A DNA stretch of 64,000 nt from an archaeon (GCA_027051165.1 JALTZZ010000035.1:4870-68869); one strand, 5' to 3'. Counted from the first letter of the stretch, positions 39,501 through 51,917 are shown. The notes: a model not told the origin generated them from the sequence alone. Translations and numbers: made by a program.

Positions 39501-40401
39501 GCCAGAATATTCCAGACCTTCCGTAGCCTACTATGTGCAGATCAAAGTTAGCGACGTTGGTAACGTTTATTATCGTAGCAACATCATCACCTGGGTAGCA
39601 AGACGTGCAGTTCGTGGAAATCAGGAGTTCTATCGGGCTTCTCACGTTTATATTTATTTCATCGCTTCCGAAGAAGACGCCTCTGCTTGTGTATGCCTTT
39701 ATTGTTAGCGAGCCTACTGAGTATTCGTTGTCAAGTGCTACGACAACGCTTGCGTTTCCGCTTGCATCTGTTGTGGCGTATAGAGTTTCTACGCCCGTAT
39801 CGAAGGTTACGTTGAAGCCAGAAGCATTGGTTCCGTTTCCATATTCTACGTGAGCTGTAAGCGTTATATTATCGCTTAGGAACGGCAAGGAGTTGCTCAC
39901 ATATAGCTCAAGCACGAGGTTGGCTACGGTTAAGTTTCTATCAGAAAATCTGCTTGCGTTCTCGCTTGCATAGCTTAAGTTTGCTAAGATAGCGTAGACT
40001 CCAGCACCTAATTCGCTCGTGTTGAACTCCACTTCTACGTTCTTCTTGGAGAATCCGCCTATCGTTGTTTGGGAGCTGTATATTCTGTGCCACGTTCCGT
40101 TGAATGCGTATAGCGTTAGGTTTGCATTCTGAGCAGCGCCGAGGTTTGTAATGCTTATGCTGGCTGTAACGTTTTCTCCGAGTTTAACAGCATGCTCGCT
40201 CAGCTTGACGCTTTCTATTCCGATCTGCTCCAAAATAAAGCTTGTTTCGTTTTCTATGCTGTATTCAGTATCTCCCGTCCTGTTGACGCTTCTGAAGAGT
40301 ATCTTAACCTTAGCCACGTTTGTTCCGTTTGTTCCCATTTCAGCTAAGCTTGTGTTCCATGAGCCTATGCTTATAGATAGGCTTTCACCAGGCTTTAGCA
40401 A
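33589..40401 (-). CDS. Giant (2270 codon) secreted surface protein. It has multiple CARDB/Ig-like beta-sandwich repeats, dense N-x-S/T sequons, a Gly7-Ala-Pro linker and three C-terminal CWB2-like cell-wall-binding modules. It is in frame with, and probably the continuation of, the 40420-43422 ORF.
   Basis: Internal repeats (e.g. three blocks ...E.G.I.I..PE....N.T..V...N......A.L.LY). C-terminus VIIVGGEKAISKEVENYL...ERIWGETRYETAVELAK. The ORF-track start is a TTG with no obvious ATG or promoter. Confidence 0.85.
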   Translation of the reverse strand: MLKPGESLSISIGSWNTSLAEMGTNGTNVAKVKILFRSVNRTGDTEYSIENETSFILEQIGIESVKLSEHAVKLGENVTASISITNLGAAQNANLTLYAFNGTWHRIYSSQTTIGGFSKKNVEVEFNTSELGAGVYAILANLSYASENASRFSDRNLTVANLVLELYVSNSLPFLSDNITLTAHVEYGNGTNASGFNVTFDTGVETLYATTDASGNASVVVALDNEYSVGSLTIKAYTSRGVFFGSDEININVRSPIELLISTNCTSCYPGDDVATIINVTNVANFDLHIVGYGRSGIFWRGYEQVNSSYSITVDEFLQINKSVLKEISPWNAENARYGTYGINTIVAYVIFERDGINYTIENTTTFTLEKAGIIGIEIPEGVEEGSNATIKVLVKNIGERMNATLTLYVNSSSHGERNVILPAFSVTEHEFSLALASGTYSIAANLSYDGRASYRFGGTLTVVKGLKTTAEIVERMFSCLSYYIPGEKVTYTYFRNVSDPKDYKVTFKVIKNNIIYYEVDAVYKDGLWYKTDIIPNIPYYVEGNFSLYAYVYYKNSLIGISYPKEITILHPVELLSFSMEKKFVNYGDKNSFSLEVKNRVETSNVTCLAYFLGLNASIIYQVVDRSGRTLEFSTDEKLIKPNTTEFFTFVWDTANSIIDQNHSVFIRIKYRNPYFEIENSRGATVDHILPEFMKMFYVNPITVDLLVTKDNLAVKEVSNESGNVTIVPYVINLGYFNITVNISVEVFKNGVENVKNISWSEISLRRYGKPTTTIFSGENLTIDPDAKNYTFVVNVSYINPDNLKFVTFTFEKVLKVYPEIKLAGFDIYVNGVKVFKEDLYNSVIEQKNRFRINYTAVNMQDIDITGEIKAELYKVRRVLDKNRGVFVFIEEGLLAENSENITVYNKSYRNGFIDIIKDITNPKWSDLYSSDGVRVKVYFNDAVYFDDILVSPAFIEFKEPESEDILRNGMLIAVYLRNMTTNNLLSGKSVSYKIWDGKGRIIAEGTLSENNYLSGLYEGYVELKSVAIEEGDVILEVSASIDGKDVWKYAKLRFEHLIDVEVNTKGVAYPGESIYINFSISANSTVKLKELAYRVKFFTDIQPGSEGTVILNRYLHEDEVYNISKLWKLESLINGSHGANVIEYELKYADANESYTTVLEGGKNIILERAGILSIDMPEKTFVNMSTEVNVTLINIAPELDANLSLYVCNITCTNVETKAVKMPSYSTKREGFLITFDSPGVYRIKVELKYGISSAEKEMFINVSEKPIGISSMRTSLSELAYGVAMKIYINMFSETEKNVKLVLEILNSTNSTIGIIAEENFNILGSVYKEYSWDGRIAGYYLPTGAYTLRAKLVEGNNVVDYITKGIEIVNLSIVDIIINQSLINGEAADIKVKLKNEGYTTINYGNITISITRGGTLYKIFNPEENPNLRFENTPLNGEMDYEVTWIVGDHNQNPIPLGNYTVVAKVSYGGISKEFSKTIEIVPGVVKGTIAVEPSVVYPFVNFTVKVNITNKENRNVSIMNVTLIPPKDKFVYIYDQVKFTTPKILSPNETITVNWTAFTNETGVISGFNVRLLYNNITIDPSGGNVVVVPNVNLSIEAPEKYPVNADFRLKAYINVSNIGIKNATIEIILPSNISGENTSKSLGELSIGSYVEEFTLKANWTGNYTINATLSYLIERAIGGEIIRGSYTVHASTNITIVYSNEPWLIIYVDAPKYWVVNKSLNMGIIVKNGGNSSAKNLTLSLVSGVKNESRHLDKLDYLESWNETFSLIFASRGNYTLLFKVNASNANETNESVGLHVLNHTKINITKIDVYGKLEVGESVVVSVNVENIESEIAKECYIKLINFGAQSTDIQPKTTKTINFTVNLPNENSVTFTAEASCINAEKVSKSITVAISGYQPAVGGGGGGGAAPAPRKIEEFTVESGINTVNAKFMKLFIKEYKLEDKTFYKAPISVYPILALMDKPVFAEGIEAKDIIEIDGDVYEVANKMILEKFRYSGTVVLARGDIPADAVAAIAFAKISRYPIILTKPDELVSSALLAIDEISPMKVIIVGGEKAISKEVENYLRERYEVERIWGETRYETAVELAKAYKKKKLDLKVIVVTDGRNISTRAVLISEYMNAPIIYVKDSVPKSVLGFLKDNRVDKSRKPIKIIAVDISDTAKRQISEIFADILPTEVEVIVENLDDDDLYVDVFVNKYSKTMLVKSKGTKNYGVFKIRDKEITVKARWLDPDLFEEKLLEKTVTIKAEPGKRKVVWIRINRN

Positions 40402-40419
40402 GATGTCTCTAGTCTTGAG

Positions 40420-43400
40420 CTACTCGTCATATCTCTGGGCTAAGTATCCTTGCCAGTATATGCCAGATATCTCGGATCTGTCTATCTTAACCGCAAAGGG
40501 AGCGATGTTCCTTATGGTTGCGTTTATATTTACCGTATCTCCCGGCTCGTATCTGCTCCTATCAGTCCTTACTAAAACCTCTACAGGACTTCTAACCGTT
40601 ATTGTTGTTTCATTAGCACCGTAGTAGATACCAGAGGAAACCTCAGCTCTTACTCTTAAACTGCCCGTTTCATTTAAAATGACTGTTATCTTAGCCACTC
40701 CGCTTGAGTTTGTGAAGTTCTCATATACATCGCTATCTAAATAGAACTTTACAGATGTGTTATTTAAAGGAGTGCCGTTTGCATATCTAACCTCTGCAAG
40801 AGCTGTTAACCTCTCGCTGAGGAAGAATTCATTATCAACTCCTGTTTCGTTTAATGTTAGCAGATTAACGATTATATTGTTAACATGCACACTTGTTGTT
40901 TTCGTTGAATTTCTGAAAGCACCGAATTCAAACCATGCTTTTATAACCTTGTTTCCAGCTTCACTACAGCTTACGTTAAAGCTTACCTCCTTATAATAAT
41001 CAACTTCAACGTTCTTTGTCCAGCTACTGCCGCAGAAGCTGAGCGTCAGATTTCCAGTAACGTTTGTCAAGCTCTGAAGAGAAACTGTAACATTAAAGTC
41101 TTCATCTATCTTAACATACTTAGGTGAGCTTATATTTACTATGCCAGCTTCCCATATCCATATTCTCTCTGTAGATTCTGTTACTGCCGATTTTCCAGAA
41201 GTTAGATTCTGGTATTTAATCTCAACTACTACATCGTTGTATCCCTGAGTGCCGTTTATAAGATTTAAAACTTCCCAAGGAACCTCTATTCTCTCGCTTG
41301 TTCCATTTGCAATAAATTTATTTAAAGATATATTTAAAGGTAAGAACAGCTCTTTTCCCTGCTTTAACACCTTCAATGTTAATTTTTCCAGCCACAGACT
41401 TTCATCGGTAGGATTTGAAATTAATACACTTATATTTGCTGTTTCCCCAAGATAATATGAAAGTTTATCCGTTGAAACATCAGCACTTATTGGATGATCA
41501 AAGAACAGTCTTAGATGCTTCCAAAATTTACCATTTTTCTCTTTAATTTTTAGATAAACAAACCCTTCCTCTGCCGGAATCTCCTTATTAAATGAAATCT
41601 CACTGTAATACAACCCGCCCAAATCTTTAAGATCTCCCTCTGCTATAACTCTTCCTTCAGAATCCCAGACAAGATACTCTAAATTGTAACCACTTTCTGG
41701 CGTGTAATCATTGTCATTTACTATCTTCGTATAATTTCTTACATAAAGACTTATGTAGTTTTTAGATAGATTAAGCTCGGCAGGATAACTCTCAAAATCT
41801 ATGAAAAGATTCTTGTATGACCTCTCATCTAAGAGCGTATAATTTTCAAATGAAAAGTTTAATTTAACAATAAATACATCAGAATCGTAGATAACCTTAG
41901 GATTGATCTCTTCTTTGTATAAAATTACCTTATCCGTGAAGTTCCCCTGATTAACCGTTACTGGTTTTGTATAGTTTACGACATAAACACAGTTGCCTAC
42001 TAAAAAAGTTCCGTTCTGCGACTTTAACAGCTTGCACGATCTTATCTCTACAGTTAAATTTCCTTCTTTGCTGCTTCCGAGGTTTTCTATAGAGTAGTTA
42101 ACACTGAAGGTGCTTTTTCTCTTATAAATGTCATTTTCTGAGAAATCTTCAACGGAATAGTCAAATCTATTTATTTCAATTCTCATGTCCGCTGGCTTTA
42201 CATAAGAATAAACAAGAAGGGTTTTGTTGAGTGTAAAGCTTACAAGACTTTGATTAGCCTCAGGATCAGGGTTTATGTATGTAACGTTTACTTCCAGCGT
42301 ATAGTTCTTTGCATCTCCATGAAGTGAAAAGTTTTTACCCTCAAAAATCGTTAACTTTGGTATTCCATAGCGCCTTTCAGCCGTGCTGTTTATCCATGTT
42401 ACATTCCCTATGTAAAATATTCCAGAATTGTTATATTTGTAAATATTAACTGTAATGTTCATTGTTACGTTATAAAATCCTATATTGTTGACATAAGGAC
42501 GTATTGTAACATTTTCACCGGTTTTATTTGGAACACTTTCAACTTCTATATTCTTATAAAATGCCTTTATATCAACACTGATTGGATTAATATAAAATGT
42601 TTTTGTGAAATTGTAGATAAGGGTGTTGTTGTCTTGGAAAGCCTTATCCGCACCGTATACAGATGAACCCTTGCTGTTCCCGATTTCCAAATATACGTTC
42701 TCATAGTTTATTCTTATAGCTATGGTGTGGTTCTGATCTATCTGCGCATTATATGTGCTCCAATTAAATTTGAAGAACTCTGTTGTATTGGGTTTTATTG
42801 GTCTCAATTCTGTAGTATAATTTCGAATTCTACCCATTCTATCCACAATTTCATACTCTATGGTTACATTTAATCCTAAATGATACCCCAAACAGGTTGT
42901 ATCGTTTGTGTATGCTTTGTTTTTAACTACAACCAAGAATTCATTAGTTTCTCCGTAGTTAAGCGTTTTCTTTGACATGTTGAATTTTAAAAGTTCTACA
43001 GGATGCTCTATTCTTATCACTGTTGTATTTAATGATTCGGATGTGCTATTTTTAATCACTGCCTCCAAAATGAAATCACCTTCAATGTAGTATGGTATAT
43101 TCGGTATCTCTCCACTATAGAACCAAACACCCTTATTCTCATCATATTCCGCTGGATACTCATAGGTAAGCCATGTTCCATGAATAAGATCGAATTTCTT
43201 TATTATAAACTCTACAGTATATCCCCCTGACGGAGGTGATGCATTTACCTCTAATCGAACATTTTCACCGGGAACGTAAAATCCAAAAGCGGGATTGCAT
43301 GCGAATTGTCTTGCAGATATGTAGGGTTCATTTATATACATGGCATGCACATTAGCTATGAGAAGCATTATAGCAAAAAATATGAATAATATGGTAATGT

Positions 43401-43422
43401 TTATACTTCTCCCCTTTTCCAT
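40420..43422 (-). CDS. 1000-codon paralogous surface-protein ORF with an N-terminal signal/TM segment. It terminates at the TAG complement of 40420-40422, immediately followed in frame by the 2270-codon ORF.
   Basis: Signal peptide MEKGRSINITILFIFFAIMLLIANVHA. Shares ~400 aa of blocks with the downstream ORF (IPNIPYY.EG.F, HPVELL.F.M.KK.NYG, KPNTTEFF.F.W, IDQNH...IRI.Y.N.Y.EI.NS.G, DAKNYT..VNV.YINPD). Confidence 0.85.
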   Translation of the reverse strand: MEKGRSINITILFIFFAIMLLIANVHAMYINEPYISARQFACNPAFGFYVPGENVRLEVNASPPSGGYTVEFIIKKFDLIHGTWLTYEYPAEYDENKGVWFYSGEIPNIPYYIEGDFILEAVIKNSTSESLNTTVIRIEHPVELLKFNMSKKTLNYGETNEFLVVVKNKAYTNDTTCLGYHLGLNVTIEYEIVDRMGRIRNYTTELRPIKPNTTEFFKFNWSTYNAQIDQNHTIAIRINYENVYLEIGNSKGSSVYGADKAFQDNNTLIYNFTKTFYINPISVDIKAFYKNIEVESVPNKTGENVTIRPYVNNIGFYNVTMNITVNIYKYNNSGIFYIGNVTWINSTAERRYGIPKLTIFEGKNFSLHGDAKNYTLEVNVTYINPDPEANQSLVSFTLNKTLLVYSYVKPADMRIEINRFDYSVEDFSENDIYKRKSTFSVNYSIENLGSSKEGNLTVEIRSCKLLKSQNGTFLVGNCVYVVNYTKPVTVNQGNFTDKVILYKEEINPKVIYDSDVFIVKLNFSFENYTLLDERSYKNLFIDFESYPAELNLSKNYISLYVRNYTKIVNDNDYTPESGYNLEYLVWDSEGRVIAEGDLKDLGGLYYSEISFNKEIPAEEGFVYLKIKEKNGKFWKHLRLFFDHPISADVSTDKLSYYLGETANISVLISNPTDESLWLEKLTLKVLKQGKELFLPLNISLNKFIANGTSERIEVPWEVLNLINGTQGYNDVVVEIKYQNLTSGKSAVTESTERIWIWEAGIVNISSPKYVKIDEDFNVTVSLQSLTNVTGNLTLSFCGSSWTKNVEVDYYKEVSFNVSCSEAGNKVIKAWFEFGAFRNSTKTTSVHVNNIIVNLLTLNETGVDNEFFLSERLTALAEVRYANGTPLNNTSVKFYLDSDVYENFTNSSGVAKITVILNETGSLRVRAEVSSGIYYGANETTITVRSPVEVLVRTDRSRYEPGDTVNINATIRNIAPFAVKIDRSEISGIYWQGYLAQRYDE

Positions 43423-43513
43423 GATTATATCAAGACACTCTGCATGATATATAAATCTTATCTTTTTTCAGTTTAAAATTTGAATGTTGCAAAATGTATA
43501 ATTATGAAGTTTT

Positions 43514-44374
43514 TCACAATCTACTTCTAAAAATAAAAGCCAAATAAGGGAAAAGGAAAATTTCAAATGCAACGCAAACAATACATGGGAATGTTGCTTC
43601 TTTTCCAAAAATAGAATAGGAGAGGACTATTGCAAGTCCAAGGTTTTTATATGAAGAAAACAATGTGTAGTTTACTGCATCTCCTCTGCTTATTTTTAAA
43701 AATTTTGACAAAACATAGATCACTGTCGCTGGGACAAATGTTCTCAGAATGCATAAAAAAGAAAGAAGTATTGAGGCTTTGCTCATCAGCATTTCTCTGC
43801 TAACCCCTATAACAGAGTATATCATTAGAAAAAACATTATTTTAACCATAAATTCCTCATACTTCTCAAAATTTTTATAAAACGGTAGTCTTACTATGAT
43901 TTTTGAAACTAAAAGTGGAACAAGGATAAGATAAACAAGAGATTTGAAAATTTCGTATGAATTTATTTCGAGCATATGAGCAATGATGGGCGAGATTACT
44001 AAAGAAAATATGTATAGAAGAGCGTTTGCTATTAGAGCAGTTTTCACATCACCGCCAAGGATCCTTGAAAACGGAACTATGGCTATTGCTGGAGGAACAA
44101 CAGCCATTATATAGAAACCTTCATCACACATTGTGCATGCATACTCTTTTGCATATAGTCCAATAAGAATTATTATTCCAGAGAGAAAAGCAAAATTAAG
44201 CAAAAATATATAAAAAATTTTCTTAACTTCAAAATTTAAGTCTATTTTTATCTTTGTAACTGATAAAGTCATCGCAACAGCTAAATAAAAAATGAGATAG
44301 TCAACAAGTCTCTGTGCAAAATTTGGAAAAAGAAATCCAATCAAAATTGCAGAGAGAAAAACAACCGCACTCAT
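43514..44374 (-). CDS. Polytopic membrane permease (possibly bile-acid:Na+ symporter / AEC-like superfamily).
   Basis: 286 aa with 8-9 hydrophobic helices. The family assignment is tentative. Confidence 0.4.
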   Translation of the reverse strand: MSAVVFLSAILIGFLFPNFAQRLVDYLIFYLAVAMTLSVTKIKIDLNFEVKKIFYIFLLNFAFLSGIIILIGLYAKEYACTMCDEGFYIMAVVPPAIAIVPFSRILGGDVKTALIANALLYIFSLVISPIIAHMLEINSYEIFKSLVYLILVPLLVSKIIVRLPFYKNFEKYEEFMVKIMFFLMIYSVIGVSREMLMSKASILLSFLCILRTFVPATVIYVLSKFLKISRGDAVNYTLFSSYKNLGLAIVLSYSIFGKEATFPCIVCVAFEIFLFPYLAFIFRSRL

Positions 44375-45409
44375 GTTAGCACTTTTTTAATTATATTTTC
44401 CGCTTTCTCTCTGGTAATCTCTATATGCTCTATAATTGTATATCTCTCTGGTTTAACTTCCTTAGCTTTTAAAACTGCCTCTACTATGTCATCTATGCTC
44501 AGTCCAAGCTCTTCAATATTACCGATATCTATCGGAGCACCTATATTCTTTGCAAAGCTCTTTACTCTTCTCCACCGTGCTTTCTGCATGTATAGAGAGA
44601 TTACTGTGGCTATTCCAACTTTTTCTCCATGAAGAGCTTTATTCTCTTTAACAATGTCCATAGCATGGGCTATTTTGTGCTCGCTACCGCTTGCGGGTCT
44701 TGAGCTGTTTGCAATGCTTATTGCCACACTGCTTGCTATCAGAGCTTTGATTATCTTCTTGAATATATCGGTATCTCCTTTTTTTATCCTTTTTATATCT
44801 CTTCCAACCTTTAAAGCTGTTTTTGCACTTAGAAGTGCAAGTTTTACAGAATATTCGCTTATTTCCTCGTTTTTTTCTTTATTGGCAAGCCTCCAGTCCC
44901 TTACTGCCGAGAACTTCGCCACAAGATCGAGAAGTCCGCTTACCGTTAATCTTATAGGAGCTTTCGATATCACTTCAAGATCCGCTACTATTGCGAGTGG
45001 AGCTTTAGCCTTTACCGATGCCGGCATTCTACCAATTCTTATCGAGGCTAATGGAGAAACAAGTCCATCGTGACTTGCTGCAGTTGGAACGCTTATATAT
45101 TCTATCCCGCACCTTGCACTTGCAAGCTTTGCAACGTCTATAACTTTACCGCCTCCGCAGGCAGCGATAAGATTTATATTTTTTGCTTTTACCGTATCTA
45201 CAACCTCGTTAACCGCAGAGATCTGTGAGCTACGAACTATTTTGTGGCGTGCTCCCAATATCTCGCACAGATCTTTCCCAGCAATTTTGTAGGTTTTTTC
45301 TCCAGATAAAACGATGATTTTTCCTTTTATTTTTAGCTTTTTTATTATTTTATCTATCTTTTTAATAGAGCCCTTTTCAACAACAACCATTCTCGGAAGC
45401 TCTATCATG

Positions 45410-45426
<17 letters not shown>
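44371..45426 (-). CDS. egsA: Glycerol-1-phosphate dehydrogenase [NAD(P)+] (archaeal lipid backbone).
   Basis: GGGKVIDVAK, PTAASHDG and the metal-binding His residues. Length is 351 aa. Confidence 0.9.
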
Positions 45427-48718
<3,292 letters not shown>

Positions 48719-48729
48719 GGTGATGCTGT

Positions 48730-49404
48730 ATGAGGAGAAATCCTGCAAAAAAACTGTGGATAAAAGATATCGTTAATGCAGAGTTTCACAGAGGAACGGA
48801 TGCAAACTATATAGTAACGCCTCTTGGCGAAAGAGCAACGAGAGTTAGAGTCCTCGCTACCGTTGTTGATAAGAGGATCGGCGAAAAGGTTGGACATATA
48901 CTCTTAGATGATGCAACGGAAACTATAAGGGTTAGGGCTTTTAATGAACAGATAGAGCTTATAGCCAAAGTAAATGTTGGAGATATTGTTGAAGTTATTG
49001 GGAAGGTTAAGGAATATGACAACGAGATATACATAAACCCAGAGATAGTTCGTGTTGTAAACGATCCAAACTACGAGCTTTTAAGGAGGCTTGAACTAAC
49101 TATAAAAGATTATGAACTTAAAAAGAAGCTTAAAGAGGAGAAAGAAGTATGGACAATAAAAGAAGAGAAAATTGAGAAATCCCCGAGAGAGGAGCCTAAG
49201 GAGGAGTATGAAGATAGAATGGAACAGTTAAAAATGATTGTTTTAAACCTTATTGAGGAGCTTGATACTGGTGATGGAGTCAAATATATTACCCTCCTTG
49301 AAAAAACAAAATTAAGTGAAGAAGAACTTGAAGACGTGCTTACAGAGCTTATGAACGAGGGAAGCATATACGAACCCACTCTTGGTAGATTTAAGAGGGT
49401 TTAA
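48730..49404 (+). CDS. RPA-like OB-fold ssDNA-binding protein with a C-terminal winged helix closely resembling the MCM C-terminal wH.
   Basis: OB-fold RVRVLATVVDKR...ETIRVRAFNEQ...GDIVEVIGKVKEYDNEIYI. The tail LSEEELEDVLTELMNEGSIYEPTLGRFKRV compares with the MCM tail LSEDDVEKIIEMLKNRGDIYEPSPGHFRVV. Confidence 0.6.
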   Translation: MRRNPAKKLWIKDIVNAEFHRGTDANYIVTPLGERATRVRVLATVVDKRIGEKVGHILLDDATETIRVRAFNEQIELIAKVNVGDIVEVIGKVKEYDNEIYINPEIVRVVNDPNYELLRRLELTIKDYELKKKLKEEKEVWTIKEEKIEKSPREEPKEEYEDRMEQLKMIVLNLIEELDTGDGVKYITLLEKTKLSEEELEDVLTELMNEGSIYEPTLGRFKRV

Positions 49405-49451
49405 CAAAACATTACGCTGTTAAATACAGACCAATAATTAGAGGGAACACA

Positions 49452-49745
49452 ATGTTTTATACCAAGATATACAGAGTTCAAGGCGAGGTTATAGTTGCAA
49501 TATGCGATAAAGAGCTACTTGGCAAAAGATTTGAGGAAGGAGAGATAGTAATTGATGTAAAAAAGGATTTTTATGGAGGATCGCTTATAGGTAGGGATGA
49601 TGCTATAAGGCTTCTTGAAGAGGGAACAATAATAAACCTTGTCGGAAAGAAAATTGTTTCAATAGCGATAGAAATAGGTCTCGTTGATAAAGAAAATGTG
49701 CTTGTAGTTAAGGATGTTCCCCATGCACAAGTTTATAAAATATAA
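49452..49745 (+). CDS. Conserved small archaeal protein (DUF424-like).
   Basis: [25 protein letters not shown]... Length is 97 aa. Confidence 0.45.
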   Translation: MFYTKIYRVQGEVIVAICDKELLGKRFEEGEIVIDVKKDFYGGSLIGRDDAIRLLEEGTIINLVGKKIVSIAIEIGLVDKENVLVVKDVPHAQVYKI

Positions 49746-49756
49746 GAGGTAAAGAT

Positions 49757-50935
49757 ATGGCTGTAAAAGGAAGATTCGGCAGGTTTGGTGGTCTATACAT
49801 ACCAGAGGTTCTTATGCCAGCCGTAGAAGAGCTTGCAGAGGCTTATGAAAGGTATAAGGATGATGAAGAGTTTAAAAGGGAACTCGACTACTATTTAAAG
49901 CACTACGTTGGAAGACCAACACCGCTTACCTTTTGCAAAAATCTAAGCAAAGACCTCGGATTCAAGGTTTATCTTAAGAGAGAAGACTTAGCTCATACGG
50001 GTGCTCATAAAATAAACAACACAATAGCACAAGCTCTTTTAGCTAAAAAAATGGGGAAAAAAAGAATTATCGCAGAAACTGGTGCTGGACAGCATGGAGT
50101 AGCAACTGCAACCGCAGCGAGAGCTCTGAATCTAAAGTGCGAAATATACATGGGTGCTAAGGATATTGAAAGGCAGAAAATGAATGTTTTCAGAATGAAG
50201 CTTCTTGGAGCTAAGGTAAATCCCGTTTATAGTGGAACACAAACACTAAAAGATGCCATAAACGAGGCTCTAAGAGATTGGATAACAAACGTAAGAACAA
50301 CACACTATCTGCTTGGCTCCGTGTTAGGTCCGCATCCCTACCCAACGATGATAAGGGACTTTCAAAGCATCATAGGAAGGGAAACCAAGGAGCAAATACT
50401 CAAGGCTGAAGGGAGACTTCCAACTGCAATAGTAGCATGCGTAGGCGGAGGCTCAAATGCAATAGGCATATTCTATCCGTTTATAGAAGATACCGAGGTG
50501 GAGCTCATTGGAGTTGAAGCCGGTGGAAAGGGTATAGAAAGCGATAAGCACGCCGCAAGATTTGCAAGCGGAAGAGAGGGCGTTCTGCACGGGACATATA
50601 CCTTTGTCCTTCAGGATAGATACGGACAGATAAAGGGAACGCACAGCATCGCAGCAGGCTTAGACTATCCAGCCGTTGGACCGGAGCATGCCTTTTTAAG
50701 AGAAATTGGTAGAGCCAAATATTACTACGCCACAGATGAGGAAGCTGTGGAAGCTTTTAAGATATTATCGGAAAAAGAGGGGATTATACCAGCATTAGAA
50801 AGTGCACATGCTTTAGCTTGGGCTTTGAATAATGCTGATAAATTTGACAAAAACGATGTTGTTATTATTAATTTATCTGGAAGAGGAGATAAAGACTTGG
50901 AAATCGTTGCAAAATTTCTGGAAAAGAATGAATAA
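49757..50935 (+). CDS. trpB: Tryptophan synthase beta chain (TrpB1-like). No trpA is adjacent.
   Basis: [27 protein letters not shown] and GGGSNAIG. Confidence 0.9.
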   Translation: MAVKGRFGRFGGLYIPEVLMPAVEELAEAYERYKDDEEFKRELDYYLKHYVGRPTPLTFCKNLSKDLGFKVYLKREDLAHTGAHKINNTIAQALLAKKMGKKRIIAETGAGQHGVATATAARALNLKCEIYMGAKDIERQKMNVFRMKLLGAKVNPVYSGTQTLKDAINEALRDWITNVRTTHYLLGSVLGPHPYPTMIRDFQSIIGRETKEQILKAEGRLPTAIVACVGGGSNAIGIFYPFIEDTEVELIGVEAGGKGIESDKHAARFASGREGVLHGTYTFVLQDRYGQIKGTHSIAAGLDYPAVGPEHAFLREIGRAKYYYATDEEAVEAFKILSEKEGIIPALESAHALAWALNNADKFDKNDVVIINLSGRGDKDLEIVAKFLEKNE

Positions 50936-51002
50936 CCAATAACTCTATTTTTCGATTTTCTAAAATTTCGAAAATATGTTAAAAAATTTTCTTAACATTT
51001 GT

Positions 51003-51917
51003 ATGAAACTTACTCCGGTGCAGAGGGAGATTCTTATTACACTGGTAGATCTGTATCATAAAACAAAGGAGGCTGTAAAGGGGGAGGACATCGCAGAGAT
51101 TATTAAGAAAAACCCCGGAACAATAAGAAATCAGATGCAAAGCTTAAGAAGCATGGGGCTTGTTGAAGGTGTTCCGGGTCCAAAAGGTGGCTATAAGCCT
51201 ACTGCTGAGTGCTACAGGGTTTTAAACATAGAACCATGTGACCATGAAGAATACGTTCCCTTCTATGTAAACTCCGTTCCAATGGAAGACATAAAAGTTG
51301 TAGGGATCTCTCTTCCAGACATCCCGCATCCAAACATGTGCAGAGCAAGTATACAAGTTTTAGGTAATACAAAGAAAATAAATGTCGGAGATATTATTAG
51401 AATAGGACCAACGCCAGTAAACAAGCTTATAATAAGGGGAAGGGTAATAGGAAGGGACGATATAGACAACATACTTTTAATAGATATCTTGGAGATTATA
51501 AGCATACCAAAAGAAAAGGTTAAAGAAGTCGCAACAATGAGCTTAAAGACTTTAAGCCCAGATATAACAATAAGAGAGGCGGCTAAGATAATAAGCGATG
51601 AAAACATAAGTGGAATGCCTGTTGTAGAAAAAGGAAAAGCTGTTGGTATAATAACAACAACTGATATAACAAGGGCTTTAGCTGAGGGAAAAGAAGATTC
51701 TAAGGTTAAAGAAATTATGAGCAAAAAAGTTTATACAATAAATGAAAATGCAATGCTTGCAGAAGCTATTGAAAAAATGGAAAACAAAAATGTGGGAAGG
51801 CTTGTTGTTACAAATGATAGGAATGAGATTGTTGGAATAATAACAAGAACTGATATAATATGTCGTATGGCAAGAATCTTCAGAGACGTTAAGCAACCAA
51901 AGCTTATCACTGTATGA
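51003..51917 (+). CDS. Transcriptional regulator with an N-terminal wHTH and a tandem CBS pair.
   Basis: LTPVQREILITLVDLYH...GTIRNQMQSLRSMGLVEG, then two CBS motifs (ISGMPVVEKGKAVGIITTTDI, VGRLVVTNDRNEIVGIITRTDI). Confidence 0.7.
   Translation: MKLTPVQREILITLVDLYHKTKEAVKGEDIAEIIKKNPGTIRNQMQSLRSMGLVEGVPGPKGGYKPTAECYRVLNIEPCDHEEYVPFYVNSVPMEDIKVVGISLPDIPHPNMCRASIQVLGNTKKINVGDIIRIGPTPVNKLIIRGRVIGRDDIDNILLIDILEIISIPKEKVKEVATMSLKTLSPDITIREAAKIISDENISGMPVVEKGKAVGIITTTDITRALAEGKEDSKVKEIMSKKVYTINENAMLAEAIEKMENKNVGRLVVTNDRNEIVGIITRTDIICRMARIFRDVKQPKLITV

Noticed and set aside
40402-40419. The TTG start assigned by the ORF track to the 2270-codon ORF, as evidence for an independent gene.
   Set aside because: The ORF track evidently accepts TTG as a start (translated as M). 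The upstream frame is open back to the TAG and there is no promoter-like tract, so the start call is taken as an artefact of ORF finding.
49757-50935. Solo trpB without trpA as a sign of a TrpB2-type serine-salvage enzyme.
   Set aside because: Length (392 aa) and motifs fit TrpB1. The other trp genes are most simply assumed to lie outside the window.
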